DNA of 64,000 nt from Parachlamydiales bacterium (GTDB lineage: Bacteria > Chlamydiota > Chlamydiia > Chlamydiales > Rhabdochlamydiaceae), in contig OY970065.1 of the NCBI GenBank assembly GCA_963705295.1, positions 1,824,001 through 1,888,000 of the forward strand. The letters are read 5' to 3'. Below, piece by piece: positions 28,314 to 38,300 of the stretch; position 1 is the first letter of the stretch, and the number at the start of each line of letters is the position of its first letter. The position numbers were made by a program, and so were the translations under genes. The notes below the pieces were generated by a model, which was not told the origin of the DNA, searched no databases, and saw only the letters and a program-made list of their open reading frames with translations.

Positions 28314-29477
28314 TTAGATCTTCGGGCCGTTGTAAAGGTATTTGGGGCGGACGATGGGGGTTCCCTTGCCGCCGCGGGCTTCGAGACGCTCGTAGACGAT
28401 TTGGCGGGAGATTCCGACGATACGGGAGAGGCCAAAAAGCATTGTAAAATATTCTGGATAATCGAAGCCGGAGACGACGAGGAGGGTGCCGGAGATAGCA
28501 TCGATATTCGGATGGGGGTCGGAGATTTTGGGGTTTTCTTCCAGGACTTTCGTCCCCTCGGTTCTGAGAAGAAGGGCAATTTTTACAAGGGGATGATCAG
28601 GATAATGTTTTTGAAGAAATTCATAGATCACCTTGGCCCGTGGATCTTCGACCCGGAGGACCGCATGTCCAAATCCAAAAACGAGTTGATTGGAAGAGAG
28701 TCTTTTTCGGATGAGGTTTTCTACTTGAGAAGGAGATGCGTTGTCACCGAGTTCTTTTAAAACATCTCGAAGAAACTCGAGACAGTCTTGATTGGCCCTG
28801 CCATGACGGGGACCGGCTAAGGCACACATAGCTCCGCATATTGAACCGTACATATCTTCGAGACCAGAGGCGATTGCTTTTCCCACAAAGGCCGAGAGAT
28901 TTCCCCCTCCATGGTCGTAGTGAACAATGTTGAAAAGTCTAAAAGCTTCGGTGAGTTTTGCCAAATCTTTTCCCGGGACATTGACCATCGCCGAAAAATT
29001 CTCCATGTAGCCGAGATCGGGCCTAGGTGTAGGGGTATCTCCCCAACCAGCATGGTGGTTGATAACCGTTGCAACAAGGTGTGGAACCTTGGCAATCAAG
29101 TTAAGGCAATCTTCCCGATAATCGCCGATCTTTTCAAACATTCCCAAAATCAAAAGAGCCGCTGAGAAAAGCTTCATCGGATGGCCTTGCCTAGGAAGCT
29201 TCTGGATACTTTGGACTGTTTCAGGCTTGAGTGTCGCCCTTCTTTGCAAATCGGCGAAAAACTGACGTATCTCTTCTCCATTCCCTTCTTTTCCGAAAAC
29301 CAAAAGATAGATCACTTCTTCGGGTCTTTTCATCACGAGCTGTTCGACAGGTCTTCCCCCATAGAGAAGTCCTTTTACTGGATCGACGGTCGAGGTTGGA
29401 CAATACCCGACAGGAACTCCTCGTAGTCCTGTCTCGAGATTTTCTTTAGTGATGGTAAATAAAACTTCGTCTGTCAT
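28314..29477 (-). CDS. gltA: Citrate synthase (eukaryote-like motif set)
   Basis: [42 protein letters not shown]. Confidence 0.95.
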   Translation of the reverse strand: MTDEVLFTITKENLETGLRGVPVGYCPTSTVDPVKGLLYGGRPVEQLVMKRPEEVIYLLVFGKEGNGEEIRQFFADLQRRATLKPETVQSIQKLPRQGHPMKLFSAALLILGMFEKIGDYREDCLNLIAKVPHLVATVINHHAGWGDTPTPRPDLGYMENFSAMVNVPGKDLAKLTEAFRLFNIVHYDHGGGNLSAFVGKAIASGLEDMYGSICGAMCALAGPRHGRANQDCLEFLRDVLKELGDNASPSQVENLIRKRLSSNQLVFGFGHAVLRVEDPRAKVIYEFLQKHYPDHPLVKIALLLRTEGTKVLEENPKISDPHPNIDAISGTLLVVSGFDYPEYFTMLFGLSRIVGISRQIVYERLEARGGKGTPIVRPKYLYNGPKI

Positions 29478-30454
29478 AAGAGATTTTTCACCATCTCACG
29501 TTCTTCAAGAAGTTCTTTTTCTGTGAGTCCAATCTTCTTCTTGAGGAAATCATCCCAGGGTACATCTTTCACAATTTCAATATGACCATTTCCAGAACTA
29601 CGACACGGAAAAGAAAACACTATGCCAGGCTTGATTCCATACAGATTACCGTCGGAGAGAACTGCCATAGAAAACCACTGGCCGGGCTCCGTCGGTTGTA
29701 TCAACGACTTCATCCCATCCAAGGCGGCACTTGCCGCAGAAGCAGCGGAGGATTTCCCCCGCGCTGCAATGACAACAGCCCCTCTTTTTTGAACCTGAGA
29801 GACAAAATCTTCTTCGAGCCATTTTCGATCTTTAATGACATCAAGGGCTGGTTTCCCATAAATACGGGCATTCACAAAATCGGGAACTTGCGTCGACGAA
29901 TGATTCCCCCAAATGGTCATGTGCGTCACAGCAGCCACAGGTACCTGGGCTTTTTGAGCCAGCAGCGAAACGCTTCGATTTTGATCGAGACGGGTCATTG
30001 CAAAAAAGCGGTGTTTTTGGGCATTTTTTTGGGCGATCAGACAATTGGTGTTGCACGGATTTCCGACCACAAGAATCACAGCCCCTTCTGCTGCAACCTG
30101 GCCCAAAGCCTTCCCCTGCTCGACAAAGATCTGCCCATTTTCGGCCAGAAGATCTTTCCGCTCCATTCCAGGACCACGCGGTTTGGCTCCCACCAAAAAT
30201 ACGGTATCGACACCCTCGAAAACCTCTCTTGGATCAGAGCCTATCTTCACCCCTTGCAACAGAGGAAAAGCACAGTCTTCAAGCTCCATGACAACACCTT
30301 TCAGACCCTCGACAACCGCCGGAACTTCTAAAAGATGTAAAATGATCGGCTGCTCGGGACCGAAGAGCTGCCCGCTGGCGATTCGAAAGAGCAAACTATA
30401 CGCAATTTGCCCTGCACCACCCGTGACTCCAACCCGTTTGACATTCTTGTCCAT
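29474..30454 (-). CDS. mdh: Malate dehydrogenase (cytosolic/chloroplast type)
   Basis: [58 protein letters not shown]. Confidence 0.97.
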   Translation of the reverse strand: MDKNVKRVGVTGGAGQIAYSLLFRIASGQLFGPEQPIILHLLEVPAVVEGLKGVVMELEDCAFPLLQGVKIGSDPREVFEGVDTVFLVGAKPRGPGMERKDLLAENGQIFVEQGKALGQVAAEGAVILVVGNPCNTNCLIAQKNAQKHRFFAMTRLDQNRSVSLLAQKAQVPVAAVTHMTIWGNHSSTQVPDFVNARIYGKPALDVIKDRKWLEEDFVSQVQKRGAVVIAARGKSSAASAASAALDGMKSLIQPTEPGQWFSMAVLSDGNLYGIKPGIVFSFPCRSSGNGHIEIVKDVPWDDFLKKKIGLTEKELLEEREMVKNLL

Positions 30455-30499
30455 CAAACCGGATTCTAGGAGATAATTCGAAAAACTGCAATAAAAGGA

Positions 30500-30573
30500 T
30501 GCGGCCACCTGGATTTGAACTAGGGACCTCGACATTATCAGTGTCGCGCTCTAACCAACTGAGCTATGACCGC
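30500..30573 (-). tRNA. tRNA-Ile (GAT)
   Basis: GCGGTCA/TGGCCGC acceptor stem, AGCTCAGTTGGTTAGAGC D-arm, CGACA-CT-GAT-AA-TGTCG anticodon arm, GTTCAAATC T-loop (one T-stem mismatch). Confidence 0.95.
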
Positions 30574-30587
30574 ATGATAGACTAACT

Positions 30588-30660
30588 TGGAGGTTAGGAG
30601 ACTCGAACTCCTGACCCTCTGAATGCAAATCAGATGCTCTACCAACTGAGCTAAACCCCC
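30588..30660 (-). tRNA. tRNA-Ala (TGC)
   Basis: GGGGGTT/AACCTCC acceptor with G3:U70, TCTGA-TT-TGC-AT-TCAGA anticodon arm, GTTCGAGTC T-loop. Confidence 0.97.
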
Positions 30661-30752
30661 CAAAACTAACCTAGAATACCATATCTGGAGATTATGGTTT
30701 TACGCAATCTTTTTCCTTGAATCTATACCTCTAAAAAATTTAAATAAAGATT

Positions 30753-31124
30753 ATGAACCTTAGAAAATATGCAAAAATTTTTGGTATTGTTTTAGCAGTC
30801 CTCGGGATTTTAGGATTTATTCCTGGGTTTACGAGTAACGATCATCTGCTGGGCATCTTCTTCGTGAACGGTTTTCTCAATTTATTCCATTTAGTGACGG
30901 GTATCATCGGCTTTGTTGTCGGGTCTGCCGGAACACGTCCTAGTAGATTTTTCTTTCAAATTACTGGTGTGGTCTATGGTGTCCTGGCTTTTGTTGGACT
31001 TGGGTTTGGATTCGGCTTTATTCTTGGTTTTATAGCCAATGATATGGCAGATAGCATCCTTCATCTCGTCCTTGCTTTGATCTCTCTGTATTTGGGATTT
31101 TTATTTAAGCAGGCCAAAGAATGA
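30753..31124 (+). CDS. DUF4383-like membrane protein
   Basis: GILGFIPG...LLGIF.VN...N..HL..G, AD..LHL; four hydrophobic segments. Confidence 0.75.
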   Translation: MNLRKYAKIFGIVLAVLGILGFIPGFTSNDHLLGIFFVNGFLNLFHLVTGIIGFVVGSAGTRPSRFFFQITGVVYGVLAFVGLGFGFGFILGFIANDMADSILHLVLALISLYLGFLFKQAKE

Positions 31125-31816
31125 TTTTAATCCGGAAGTCAAAAGACAGGGGTCATGCCAATTACAAATGGTTAGATAGCTACCATACGTTCTCTTTTTC
31201 CACATACCACGATCCTGCCCACATGCAATTTGGAGTGCTCCGTGTGATCAATGAAGATCGGATTGCACCATCGCGGGGATTTGACTTGCACAACCACGAA
31301 AATATGGAAATCGTCACGTATGTGATCGAAGGATCCCTGAAACACATCGACAATCTCGGTCATACAACGTTGATTCGAACCGGCGATGTTCAACGGATGA
31401 GCGCCGGAACAGGAATCGAGCACGGTGAATTCAATGGATCGGATAAAGATTTTGTCCACATGCTCCAGATTTGGATTTTTCCCGAGAAAAACGGTTTGAC
31501 CCCCAGTTATGAGCAAAAAAATTTCCCCGATCTTAAAAACCGCCTCTGTCTTGTGGTTTCAAAAAAAGGAGAAGACGGCTCTCTGACAATCCATCAAGAT
31601 GTCAAGATTTTTGCCTCCCGCCTTGAAGACAAAGAGATTGTGTATGAACCCAAGAGATCGGTTTGGATTCAAGTGATCGAAGGTCCACTGACGTGCAATG
31701 GAACTGTTTTGCAAACCGGCGATGGTGCTCAAATCACCGATGAGAACAAGCTTGTGCTCACTAGCCCCAAATCACATTTTCTTCTCTTTGATCTTCCGAA
31801 AGTACGTAGTAGCTAA
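31121..31816 (+). CDS. Pirin family protein (YhhW-like)
   Basis: RG.A...WL.S.HTFSF, LRVINED, H.H.NMEI.TYV, H.D, VQRMSAGTGI.H.E, LQIWI.P. Confidence 0.93.
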   Translation: MILIRKSKDRGHANYKWLDSYHTFSFSTYHDPAHMQFGVLRVINEDRIAPSRGFDLHNHENMEIVTYVIEGSLKHIDNLGHTTLIRTGDVQRMSAGTGIEHGEFNGSDKDFVHMLQIWIFPEKNGLTPSYEQKNFPDLKNRLCLVVSKKGEDGSLTIHQDVKIFASRLEDKEIVYEPKRSVWIQVIEGPLTCNGTVLQTGDGAQITDENKLVLTSPKSHFLLFDLPKVRSS

Positions 31817-32731
31817 TTCTATAGCACCTCTTGTAGCCGGGGTTTTTGCAAGACGATTCAGCATCATAAAATCATGGAACGTTCCTAAAAAGCGGACTGC
31901 AGTCACCTCCACTTCCGCCTCCATCAGTCGGTGGGCGTACGCCTCGCCTTCATCTCTTAAAACGTCATTTTCATCCGTGATAATCAAAGCCGGCGGCAGT
32001 CCCTGTAATTGATCGAGAGATGCATAGAGTGGAGACAGCAGCGGTTTTTTTCTGGAGGCATCATCGGGCTCATACGCATTCCAAAACCAGTGCATCGCTT
32101 TTTTCGTGAGCCATGGTCCTTGAGCAAACTCGTCGTAAGAAGCCGAATTCATTGCTCCACTTGTTACGGGATAGAATAACGCTTGAAAATCGATCTTGGG
32201 ACCATGTCTCTCTTTTGCTAGAAGAGTCACGCCAATGGCCAAATTGCCTCCCGCACTATCCCCAGCCACAACAAGACGCGACGTATCGAGATTCAGTTCT
32301 TTCCCATGCTCCGCAATATATTTTGTTGCAGCGTACGCTTCTTCTAAAGGGATGGGGAATTTCGCTTCAGGAGATCTGGAAAAATTGACGAAAACAACAG
32401 CCGCATTACCACCGACAGCCAGTTCGCGGGCAAGCCGGTCGTGGGTATTCATACTTCCTAAGATCCATCCGCCCCCGTGAAAATAAACAATTGGCATCAA
32501 TTTTTTCGTTCCTTGAGGCCGGAAAATTCGGAGAGAAATTTCATGGACTGGTCCGGGAATTTTTTTATCTTCAATCGCAACCTCCAATTTCTCTACCGGC
32601 TCTGATTGTAATCTTTCTAAAACAGCGCGCGCATCGGCTGGACTCAATGTGTAAAGAGGAGGCCCCTTGCCCGCGGACAACTCCTTGATAAAATTCTCCG
32701 CCGTCTTCTCCAAATAAATTGTTTTCGCCAT
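31772..32731 (-). CDS. Esterase/lipase of the HSL family
   Basis: YFHGGGW, GDSAGGN, D.LRDEGE.Y, H.F. Confidence 0.93.
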   Translation of the reverse strand: MAKTIYLEKTAENFIKELSAGKGPPLYTLSPADARAVLERLQSEPVEKLEVAIEDKKIPGPVHEISLRIFRPQGTKKLMPIVYFHGGGWILGSMNTHDRLARELAVGGNAAVVFVNFSRSPEAKFPIPLEEAYAATKYIAEHGKELNLDTSRLVVAGDSAGGNLAIGVTLLAKERHGPKIDFQALFYPVTSGAMNSASYDEFAQGPWLTKKAMHWFWNAYEPDDASRKKPLLSPLYASLDQLQGLPPALIITDENDVLRDEGEAYAHRLMEAEVEVTAVRFLGTFHDFMMLNRLAKTPATRGAIELATTYFRKIKEKKM

Positions 32732-32801
32732 ATTTCCTCCAAAAACCTTCTTATAGCGGATGCATCTTTTAAATAATTAGAAAACTTCTTATTGTTTCCC
32801 G

Positions 32802-33551
32802 ATGGCGACATCTTCTAACTGGCTTTATCTTTCACCCATTCTTGCTGGAGGACTTCGGGCTCTTGTTGGAACGCCACTCGATGCGGTTGCAACACGCGAA
32901 ATTCTCTTAGGAAAAAATACCTTCCAAGTGATGAAAGGGATGTCGGCTCGCGATTATTTTCGGGGACTTCAGCCCAATGGAGCGAAGTTTATGTTCAGAA
33001 CCCCTATGCAGTTTGCAGCTGTCCGCCTTTCTTCCCTCGTTGTACCAACACAGCTCGATGCAGCCGTCCGCGGTGTCTGCTTTGGTGTTTTAACCGGAGC
33101 CTTCGAAACAGTCGTTTTCAACGGTTGCAACTCACTCCGCACCCGCTTCATTCTAGGCAGTGGATGGAATGTGCTCAGGACAGAAGGACCTTCCGTCTTA
33201 ACGAAGGGCTTAAGCGCTGCTTTTGCTCACAGAGCCTTCAGCTGGGCTATTTTTCTCGCCATCTATGAAAAGTTAAGAGAAAACTACCCTTCTCACGGAT
33301 TTGCCGTCAGCACCGCCTCCGGCGCGATCCAAGTCATCTCCACCGCTCCGTTCTATATCGCCGCCATCGAAAAACAACGAGAGAAAGCTACGGCCGAAAG
33401 ACTCCACCGCACCCTTCTCAGACTCATGAAAACCCGTGGACTCATCGGCGGCCTTTTCCTCCCCGCCCTCGCTCCCCGCCTCATCCATTCCGCCATCACT
33501 TCAGCCCCCCTCCTCTGGCTCATGGAAAAACTCCAGCTCATCCATCGGTAA
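32802..33551 (+). CDS. Mitochondrial carrier family (SLC25)-like protein
   Basis: Three ~80-aa repeats: GTPLDAVATR...YFRGLQP; NGCNSLRTR...RTEG...LTKGL..........AIYEKLR; TAPFYIAAIEKQ...KTRG...LF....PRL. Confidence 0.75.
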   Translation: MATSSNWLYLSPILAGGLRALVGTPLDAVATREILLGKNTFQVMKGMSARDYFRGLQPNGAKFMFRTPMQFAAVRLSSLVVPTQLDAAVRGVCFGVLTGAFETVVFNGCNSLRTRFILGSGWNVLRTEGPSVLTKGLSAAFAHRAFSWAIFLAIYEKLRENYPSHGFAVSTASGAIQVISTAPFYIAAIEKQREKATAERLHRTLLRLMKTRGLIGGLFLPALAPRLIHSAITSAPLLWLMEKLQLIHR

Positions 33552-33568
33552 CGCAATCCGAGATTCAA

Positions 33569-33826
33569 TCACCGATATACTTCTCTACGATGACCTATTT
33601 TTAGGATTAGAACAATGAGAGTATTTTCGAATACAGAATATAGAATGCGATAGTCTCCTTGTCTAACTCGATAAATATCATCGCTTCCGTGCATTTTTTC
33701 GCAGCCTGCAGGAAATGGATTTGAGGCTAACTTATCTACTCTTTTGGCTATTTTTTTCTGTTCTGATGGAGGGAAATAATCCAACTGCTTTTCAGCTGCC
33801 TTGCTAAATTGTATTTTATATTTCAC
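33569..33826 (-). CDS. RelE/ParE-family toxin
   Basis: Y.I.F...A.K.L, NP.P.G..K, YRVRQGDYRILY, IGHRREVYR; GTG start overlaps the antitoxin stop. Confidence 0.9.
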   Translation of the reverse strand: MKYKIQFSKAAEKQLDYFPPSEQKKIAKRVDKLASNPFPAGCEKMHGSDDIYRVRQGDYRILYSVFENTLIVLILKIGHRREVYR

Positions 33827-34095
33827 AATTTCAGCTTGCGTTTGATTGTTTCCCAAGAAAGAGATCCATTTTTCTTTACATCTATAAGCGCTTTTCTCGC
33901 GTCATCCAAATCAATTTGATTTTCTATTGCTTCTAACGCCTCAAGATCTTCAATGGAAACAATTGCAACAACTTTTTTCCCTTTTCTAGTGAGAACAGCT
34001 CTTTTACCAGCGTAAGCGACTTTATTGGCTATATCAGCTAAATGGCTTCTGGCATCCGAGAAGGAAAATTCTTCAGAATATGAAAATGTAGTCAT
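33823..34095 (-). CDS. Phd/YefM-family antitoxin
   Basis: SFSDAR.HL.......V......VLTRKGK...AIVS.ED; SWE.IK..L tail. Confidence 0.9.
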   Translation of the reverse strand: MTTFSYSEEFSFSDARSHLADIANKVAYAGKRAVLTRKGKKVVAIVSIEDLEALEAIENQIDLDDARKALIDVKKNGSLSWETIKRKLKL

Positions 34096-34114
34096 AATAC
34101 CTCAACTGAATAAA

Positions 34115-34140
34115 GTGTACCAAATGTACATTAAGTACAC
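34115..34140. promoter_or_regulatory. Palindromic operator of the Phd/YefM-RelE operon
   Basis: GTGTAC-CA-AATGTACATT-AA-GTACAC with three GTAC cores 9 bp apart, about 20 nt upstream of the antitoxin start; TGTACA cores are established YefM operator half-sites. Confidence 0.65.
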
Positions 34141-34248
34141 CATTGAAAACTGTATCCTACTGATTATCAATACTTTTTGCTTTATTCCGCTAGCACTTCT
34201 GATGGAAAAACTTGATAAAAAAAATCATTACGGTTAAGCAGGATTTAA

Positions 34249-35262
34249 ATGCAGACATACAAAGCCATTGAAATTACAACACCTGGCAAATTGAAGCTTG
34301 TCGAAAGATCTATCCGTCAGCCAGGGCGAGGACAAGTTCGTCTTCGTGTCGAAGCTGCTGGCATCTGCCATACGGATGTATTGGCTATAGAGGGGCAGTG
34401 GCCAGGTCTAAAATATCCGTTAGTTCCAGGACATGAAATCGCGGGTCGGATTGAAGCCGTCGGAGAAGGAGTTAACAACTGGAAAATAGGACAACGTGTC
34501 GGTGTAGGTTGGTTCGGTGGGCAGTGTTATGAGTGCGAACCGTGCAGGCGTGGAGATTTTGTAAACTGTATCAGACTCATCATTCCCGGATTTACGACAG
34601 ATGGAGGGTATGCCGAACTGGTCATTGTTGAAGCCAGAGCATTAGCATCTATCCCGGATGACCTCAGCAGTGAAGATGCAGCTCCTCTCACGTGCGCTGG
34701 TGTGACCACTTACAATGCACTCCGAAATGCCCAGCTTCGATCGGGAGATGTTGTTGCCATACAAGGCATCGGCGGTCTTGGACATTTAGCAGTTCAATTC
34801 GCCAGACGGATGGGTTTCTATACCGTGGCCATCGCCCGCGGTAAAGAAAAGGAAAAGCTCGCTCTAGAGCTAGGTGCACACAAGTACATCGATAGCACAA
34901 GCGAAGATGTCGCAGAGGCCCTCCAAAAAATAGGAGGCGCCCAAGCCATCCTGGCGACAGCCGCCAGCGGAAAATCGATGGGCCCCTTGCTCCCTGGCTT
35001 GAAGGCGCGGGGCAAACTGATCGTCATTGGCATTTCGGAAGAACCTATCGAGGTATTAACGCCTCAACTGATCGCCGGTACCAAAACCATTCAAGGCCAC
35101 GCCGCGGGGACCGCCATCGATATCGAAGACACCCTCAGGTTTAGCTTTCAACAGCACGTCCATTCTATGAATGAGGTTGTTTCTCTCGAAAATGCCCCCG
35201 AGGCTTACCTGAAAATGAAGCAAAATGCCGCCCGCTTCCGCATGGTTTTAAAAATAAGATAA
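34249..35262 (+). CDS. Zinc-dependent alcohol dehydrogenase (AdhP-like)
   Basis: GICHTD, PGHEIAG, structural Zn C..C..C.......C, CAGVT.Y, GIGGLG. Confidence 0.93.
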   Translation: MQTYKAIEITTPGKLKLVERSIRQPGRGQVRLRVEAAGICHTDVLAIEGQWPGLKYPLVPGHEIAGRIEAVGEGVNNWKIGQRVGVGWFGGQCYECEPCRRGDFVNCIRLIIPGFTTDGGYAELVIVEARALASIPDDLSSEDAAPLTCAGVTTYNALRNAQLRSGDVVAIQGIGGLGHLAVQFARRMGFYTVAIARGKEKEKLALELGAHKYIDSTSEDVAEALQKIGGAQAILATAASGKSMGPLLPGLKARGKLIVIGISEEPIEVLTPQLIAGTKTIQGHAAGTAIDIEDTLRFSFQQHVHSMNEVVSLENAPEAYLKMKQNAARFRMVLKIR

Positions 35263-35360
35263 GCATAATTTTAAATATCTCAAACTTTTGTTTTTACTGG
35301 CGACTTTGTTCTCAATTCATTAAAATTTAATCAATTTTTAAAATTACGATTTAATTCAAT

Positions 35361-38300
35361 ATGGCATCAGAAACACCTTCTCATTTGGCGAGAAAAAATC
35401 ACTTTAATTGCTTTGATTATGGAAAAGCATTACAAAATCTCGGCGAAAGTCATGAAAATGTTGATCCTGAAATAGGTCCTTTTGGGCTGACATTTCTAGG
35501 AATAAACAAGATGGGAGCATTTAAACGTCTCATCGATGAATTCGAAACTATTTTCATTGAAGCTGTCAGTGGTTCTGGAGAACTTCGCTCGCAATTACAA
35601 GCGAATTATACTCCTGAACGAGCTTTTCAAATTTACAAAGAGAACAAAGATCTATTCCAAAGATTGAGTGGCTCTGCTTATTGGTATATCCAAACAAGTC
35701 TCAAACTTGCCTCAGAAATTTTCTGGAAGGCGTTATCAGTTCCGGAATCAAATAAAGAAAAACTTCACGAATTACAAATTAAATGGCTACTCCATGCAGA
35801 ATGGGCACATCTATCTACACCTAATCTTTTAAAGGCTAGGGAATTATTACAGAAAATTAAAGCTTATGCTGAAGAGGCCAAAAAAGAGTTAGAATGGACT
35901 GAGGGAAAAAGGAATTTTAATCCTTTTCATATTTCAGAAATTGCAGTGCCTAAAATTCCTTATTTATCAAATCCACGCTCCGTTAAAAATCCTCTTCATA
36001 CTCCCTCTCTATTTCCGCAATTTAGTGAAAAATATCAAATTTACATCTCAAGCTTGATTAGCCAAATTTCAAGAGTGAATAAGTCACTCGCTGAAGCTAT
36101 GTTAGTCCGCTTAGAATTAGCTTCTGAATCTGAAGACTTACAATCAGATGATGTCCTTTTTGGTTGTGTAAAAAAAATTCAGAGCTTAGTAGATCCAAAT
36201 AGCTTTGGGAAATTAGGTCTTCCTGTAGATAAACCTAGAAAAACCCTCAATCGAGAAGCCTTTCAGGTTTTCCCTTTACACATTTTAGAATTTTCAGACG
36301 AAGTAACAAAAGCACGTTTAAACAATTTAAAGTGGATGCGCGTTGAAAATGGAATTCCGTGTCGACCCAGTAGTAATGATTCTAATCAACTCTGTTTGAC
36401 TTCTGCCTTTAAGAATCTTCTTATTGATATTCCATCCTATGTCCACCCGTACGATTTAGCTCTTTTTAATATCGGAATACATAATATTCAGTCCTGGAAT
36501 CAACGCATTTTCGGTGGATCAGCCTCCTTGGATTTTAAGCAGATTGATTTCTCAACTTTAAACCAATTCTTTTTGAACGTCTTTTCCTTTATTCAAAAAG
36601 CAGCACTGCAAACTCAACCTAATAATGGTTGGGCGCGATTATTAGGAGCAAAATTAGTTCAAGCTTTAGATTTTGCCAACCGTTTTTTAATATTTATTCG
36701 TACAAGAGAAAACACCCTAAACTTAAACATAAGTAGTGATTATGCACTTTTAATAGCCGGGATTAGAGATTTCTGTGATTTTGTTACAAGCAATATAAAC
36801 AATGAACCTGAGAAAAACAAAGCGATTATAAAGATTTTTGAAGAAACTCGAGAATCTCTAATTCACGAGTTCTTTGGTTTATTAAGAGCCCAAAAAATCT
36901 CAGATGTTGGAATGTTAGAAAACTGCTTAGATTTATTACGCTCCTGTATAGCAGCTGATCATCGCAATCATGTAGGTGTGATACAGAAACTTTTGTTCGA
37001 TAAAAATATTTCATCAATCACTCTGCAAGATATAAGAAAAGCTTTAGAGAGCCGTGCTTTTAATCTTCCAAAAGAAAAAATCTATTCAGAAATAAAACTG
37101 CTTTTAGAAACAGCCTATCTCTTGAGAAATAAAAAGTTCTCCCCTGCTCTGGTTCATATTTTCCAAGCATTTGATCTAGAATTTGAGACCTCTTTAGTAA
37201 AAACTTTAACGAGAGATAGTGAAGTTCGGATAAAAGCTTCGATAGCCCTTTTGGAAAATGTAGATTTTCAACTTCCTCTGGCGTATGCGGATATTTTAGA
37301 TGCGCTCACTTTTTTATCTAGTATAAACTTTCATGAACGGATTCTTTTTAACTTTATTGATCACTATTTAAAACATTTCAAAGGCGAAGATTTTAAAGCC
37401 TTAGATATGCTACTTCTAGTTAATTCCGAAGATCGAGTCAAAGCTTATTCACGGTCAAGACTACAATATCTGCTTCTAAATGACCCCTCATCCATCATTG
37501 ATGATGCAACAAAACAAGAATTTGAACGTATCTTTCAACGATTTCCCACACTTCGAGCAGAGTTGAGTGTGGATGTAACCCCCTTGCTTGAAGGCTTTAT
37601 TCAAGATCTTCCGAGGCAAATTGAAGAGAACATGCAGCTGCCCGAAAATGAGATACCCCTTTTCAAGGCTAATCGCTTAACACCAGAGCAGGCACTTGAG
37701 ATTGTTAGATTTTTCTTACCTTCCAAGCAAACTCCTTATTTAGAGAAAATTGACCAACCATTTTATTCTTATATTGAAGCGGTAATCACGGGGTCGGCTG
37801 CAGAAGAACTAATAGATAAATTTTTGAATCTTGTACTTTTTAATTTTCGAAGCTTTCCTGCATCGGAAAACTTCAGAAAAGAAGTAAGAAAATTGCTGGA
37901 GATCGTTGTATCGAGACCCTGGACCCCCTTCGGTCATCAATTATGCATACACTTTGATGTGGAGCCGCCTTATAAAATACTCAACCGATCTCGTGTTCAA
38001 ATACTCCGAATGTTACTGAATGATAAGGCCGTCGGCTCTAAGAAACTGCGAGATTTAGAAAAACTGACTCCAGGGTTAAAAGGAATTTCCGAATTTTATG
38101 GCTGCGAGAATACGGAAAAGGTTTTGGATTTGATCGAGCAATTTCTACAATATCCAATCTACCATTCTAATACTTTTGACCTACTACAAATTCATTTATC
38201 GGTGACATCTGAAACTTCCTCACAAAAATTCGATTTTCTTTCAGCCCAATTTAAGCAGCTCCTGCAATTTCAAACGAAGACACGTGCTACTCTCAAAGCA

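Noticed and set aside
28298..28579. S/P-rich N-terminal extension of the U-box ORF
   Set aside because: Out-of-frame overlap with gltA; the start at 28297 is more plausible.
29582..30331. 249-aa ORF antisense to mdh
   Set aside because: Entirely opposite a conserved gene; no recognisable features.
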